A stretch of DNA of 58,218 nt from a virus (Duplodnaviria > Caudoviricetes): positions 1 to 58,218 of the IMG/VR virus record IMGVR_UViG_3300046171_000069. One strand, 5' to 3'. The notes under the pieces are model-generated. The model did not search any database, was not told the DNA's origin, and worked only from the letters and a program-made list of their open reading frames with translations. Shown piece by piece: positions 55,004-58,218 of the stretch. Position numbers and translations under genes: made by a program. Numbering within the stretch: the stretch's first letter is position 1; each line of letters starts with the position of its first letter.

Positions 55004-58000
55004 ATGGCAACACAGTACACTACTATACTTAAGTTAGCACTACCTACTCAGGGCGAATTAAGTGGCACTTGGGGTGATGTTGTAAACGATAACATCACAG
55101 CAATGGTTGAAGAAGCCATCGCAGGCCGCAAAGTTATTAATACGTGGAGTAGCAACTCTCACACGCTCACCAGTGCTGATGGTACCACTTCAGAGTCTCG
55201 TGCGGCGATCCTTACTTTAACTGACACTAGCACAGCATTGTCTGGCGCAGGTACGGTCATTTGCCCAGCGGCATCTAAAATTTACATTGTCGAGAATGGC
55301 ACGGGTCAGACGATTACTGTCAAAACGTCTTCTGGCACAGGTATTGCTGTTCCTAACGGCAAAAACATGGTGGTCTTTTGTGATGGCACAAACGTCGAAG
55401 AAGGCATCACAAACATTAACAGCCTTACACTTAATGGCGACGGCGCTACCGTTTCAAGCATCAAAGATGAAGACAACATGGCGTCTAACAGCGCCACAGC
55501 ACTCGCCACCCAACAGTCGATCAAAGCCTATGTAGATTCTCAAGTTGCTACGGCTGACACGCTGGCCGAGGTTCTTGCTAATGGCAACACCACTGGCGGC
55601 ACAGACATTGCTGTAGGCACAGGCGACGATATCACCTTTGCGGATAACTCAAGAGCTATTTTTGGTGCTGGCTCTGACCTACAGATTTATCATGATGGAA
55701 CTAATAGCTATATTGTTAATACGACTAATGACTTAATCATTGGAGAAGACACAAGAGTAAGAATCAAGACTCCGTCTTTATTAGTAAACAATGCGGCTGA
55801 CAATGAAAACCTTTTGACGGCTACTGAAAACGGCGCAGTAACGCTTTACTACGACAATGCGGCAAAGATTGCCACAACCTCCACAGGCATCGACGTAACT
55901 GGCACAGGAAGTTTTGGGAATGGGTCAAATTCTGCGCCTTCTATCACCTTTACCTCTGACACAGACACAGGAATGTACAGAGGTGGTACAAACACTTTAG
56001 CCTTTACTGCGGGTGGCACGGCTAGATTTTATTCGGATGCAAATAGTTATTTAGCAATTCTAACGGCTGGCACAAGCAATACAGCGATAGGTGTTAACGC
56101 AGGTAAGGTCATAGCTTCAGGCGGTAACTACAACGTGCTTGTGGGTGACAACGCTGGCATCGCGACCACTACGGGCGACAATAATGTTGGCGTAGGCTAT
56201 CAATCTCTTTATGCAAACACGACAGGAAGCAAAAACACTGGTATTGGTTTAGACGCCTTGGCGTCAAATACAACGGGTACTGATAATGTTGGTGTAGGCT
56301 ATCAATCATTACAACTTAATACTGGCACATATAATACGGCAGTAGGGTCAACAGCCTTACGTGCTAACACGTCAGGGCAATATCTCACTGGCCTTGGTTA
56401 TGGTGCATTACTTGCAAACACTACGGCTAATAACAACACAGCCGTAGGAACATCCTCTTTAGGCGCAAACACTACAGGCGCGCACAACACTTCTGTTGGT
56501 GCTTTTGCTCTGGATGCTAATACCACGGCAGACAACAACACAGCGGTAGGTGGCTCTGCTTTAGGGCAAAACACAACTGGAGCAAACAACACGGGCTTAG
56601 GTAGAAGCGCCTTAACATCTAACACGACAGGATCAAATAACACCGCTGTCGGAAAGGATGCTGGTTTTTATATAACCACAGCCGCAAACAACGCGCTTAT
56701 TGGCGGTTTGGCTGGTGATGCTCTTACAACTGGAGATGCAAACACAGCAATAGGTTATGCATCTTTAAGCTCAGATACAAAAGGCGAAAGAGCAGTAGCT
56801 GTTGGCGAAGGAGCTTTGTTTTCGCAAAACTTTACATCTGAAACAAGTAACTACAACACTGCTATAGGATATAACGCAGGTTATTCAGTAACCACAGGTA
56901 TAAAAAATACATTCTTAGGTGGTCTTACAGGTGACGCTACAACCACAGGTTTTGAGAATGTAGCGATAGGTTACGACGCTTTAGGCACTAATACAGTTGG
57001 CTCGCATTCTGTAGCTGTCGGCCCGTCTGCTTTAAGAACTCAAAACTACGGTAGCGCTACCAACGCATACAATACTGCCGTTGGTTCTTTTGCTGGCTAT
57101 GCAATAACCACAGGTATTCGCAACACACTTGTTGGTGCAAGTGCAGGCGATTCAATAACCGATGGTGATAATAATGTTGCAATCGGAGTAAACGCCTTAC
57201 AATCAAATCAACAGGGCAGTCAAAACATTGCTATAGGCAGAGAAGCCCTGTCAAGCATGAATCCGAGTGGAGCCGCTAATACTTATAATACAGCGGTAGG
57301 GGCTGATGCTGGTTATTCAGTAACTACAGGCGTAAACAACACCCTTATTGGTGGTTTGGCTGGTGATGCTATGACCACAGGAAGCTCTAACACGGGTGTC
57401 GGTAAAAGTGCGTTAGGTGGCGTTACTACAGGTAGCCAAAACTCTTCGTTGGGTCATGGTGCTTTGCTAAGTGTTACTACATCAAGTGACAACACTGCTA
57501 TGGGTTATTTAGCAGGCAACCTAATGACCACAGGCACCTCTAACTCTCTCTTTGGTAGTTTATCTGGTGACGCAATAACAGTTGGTGGTGAGAATACTGG
57601 TCTTGGCTATAAAGCCCTTAGCGCCAATACAACAGGTTTTTATAATGTTGCGGTAGGCTCTAGGGCTTTGGCTAACATGAATGTTACCGATAGCTCTGGC
57701 ACGTACAACACAGCGGTCGGCTATAACGCAGGTAATGACGTAACCACAGGCGCATACAATACGTTTATTGGTGCTGAGGCAGGCGATGCGATTACTACAG
57801 GCCCCTCCAACGTTGCTATAGGTTATTTTGCTCTTACCTCAGAAGATGGTCATGGTCTTAACGTGGCTGTAGGTAATAGAACTTTAGCAAATCTAAACGC
57901 AGGGGCGCACGGTTACAATACAGCCGTCGGAAATGATGCAGGACTGTCAGCTACTACAGGTTTATACAACACCTTCATAGGCGCACAATCAGGTTACGCT

Positions 58001-58218
58001 ACAACGACATCAAGCAACAATGCTTCTGTTGGCGCTTTCTCTATGATGGGGAATACAACAGGCACCTCAAATGTAGCATTAGGCACTAACGCTTTGCGTT
58101 CTAATACAACAGCGGATAACAATACTGCTGTCGGAAAGGATGCTTTGTACTCAAACACTACAGGCGCTCAAAATACCGCAGTTGGTACTTTATCAAGTGA
58201 TGCGATTACAACAGGTAT
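55004..58218 (+). CDS. Long tail fibre, N-terminal part (runs off window end; ~1527 aa when joined to 1..1369)
   Basis: GAGG RBS; MATQYTTILKLALPTQGELSGTWG anchor, ATQQSIKAYVD and IFGAGSDLQIYHDG modules, then dozens of 17-aa NTAVG repeats. No in-frame stop, so the ORF track misses it. Confidence 0.9.
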   Translation, partial: MATQYTTILKLALPTQGELSGTWGDVVNDNITAMVEEAIAGRKVINTWSSNSHTLTSADGTTSESRAAILTLTDTSTALSGAGTVICPAASKIYIVENGTGQTITVKTSSGTGIAVPNGKNMVVFCDGTNVEEGITNINSLTLNGDGATVSSIKDEDNMASNSATALATQQSIKAYVDSQVATADTLAEVLANGNTTGGTDIAVGTGDDITFADNSRAIFGAGSDLQIYHDGTNSYIVNTTNDLIIGEDTRVRIKTPSLLVNNAADNENLLTATENGAVTLYYDNAAKIATTSTGIDVTGTGSFGNGSNSAPSITFTSDTDTGMYRGGTNTLAFTAGGTARFYSDANSYLAILTAGTSNTAIGVNAGKVIASGGNYNVLVGDNAGIATTTGDNNVGVGYQSLYANTTGSKNTGIGLDALASNTTGTDNVGVGYQSLQLNTGTYNTAVGSTALRANTSGQYLTGLGYGALLANTTANNNTAVGTSSLGANTTGAHNTSVGAFALDANTTADNNTAVGGSALGQNTTGANNTGLGRSALTSNTTGSNNTAVGKDAGFYITTAANNALIGGLAGDALTTGDANTAIGYASLSSDTKGERAVAVGEGALFSQNFTSETSNYNTAIGYNAGYSVTTGIKNTFLGGLTGDATTTGFENVAIGYDALGTNTVGSHSVAVGPSALRTQNYGSATNAYNTAVGSFAGYAITTGIRNTLVGASAGDSITDGDNNVAIGVNALQSNQQGSQNIAIGREALSSMNPSGAANTYNTAVGADAGYSVTTGVNNTLIGGLAGDAMTTGSSNTGVGKSALGGVTTGSQNSSLGHGALLSVTTSSDNTAMGYLAGNLMTTGTSNSLFGSLSGDAITVGGENTGLGYKALSANTTGFYNVAVGSRALANMNVTDSSGTYNTAVGYNAGNDVTTGAYNTFIGAEAGDAITTGPSNVAIGYFALTSEDGHGLNVAVGNRTLANLNAGAHGYNTAVGNDAGLSATTGLYNTFIGAQSGYATTTSSNNASVGAFSMMGNTTGTSNVALGTNALRSNTTADNNTAVGKDALYSNTTGAQNTAVGTLSSDAITTG

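Noticed and set aside
55004-58218. Diversity-generating retroelement or invertible cassette acting on the tail fibre
   Set aside because: No reverse transcriptase, invertase or template/variable repeat pair was seen. Near-identical stretches are ordinary protein-repeat copies.

Overview
Essentially complete, circularly permuted genome (58.2 kb) of a tailed dsDNA bacteriophage with a podovirus-like gene set (no tape-measure, sheath or tube genes recognised; probably an aquatic proteobacterial host, which is an inference). The window opens inside the long tail-fibre gene, which reads in frame across the 58218/1 junction. Plus strand (40.0 kb -> 58.2 kb -> 22.3 kb) is the late arm: HNH, small and large terminase, portal, GroES, scaffold, capsid, a cluster of small basic proteins, adaptors, tail fibre, lysis cassette, tail proteins and large putative ejection proteins, including a 1572-aa Pro-Glu/poly-Asp protein and a 2196-aa zincin-containing polyvalent-type protein. 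Minus strand (39.7 -> 22.3 kb) is the early/replication arm: MoxR-like AAA ATPase with a metallopeptidase-vWA partner, VRR-NUC, PolA (Leu at the 762 position), Cas4-like nuclease, SNF2 helicase, SSB-like proteins and an AEP primase-helicase. Many single-base frameshifts look like long-read errors. No integrase, tRNA, CRISPR array or reverse transcriptase was recognised. The most notable unexplained signals form a non-coding control layer on the early arm: (i) seven genes share an extended ribosome-binding box GGAGAAC(A/G)AC; (ii) a ~105-nt terminator-ended RNA at the far end of that arm carries two segments antisense to this box, a candidate trans-acting shut-off sRNA; (iii) a 17-18-bp palindrome family sits directly upstream of these RBSs; (iv) there is a G-U-rich leader hairpin, an iteron/ori-like array and a bipartite repeat. 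In addition, a [FYM]xxGG motif is shared by acidic and basic putative virion-cargo proteins.
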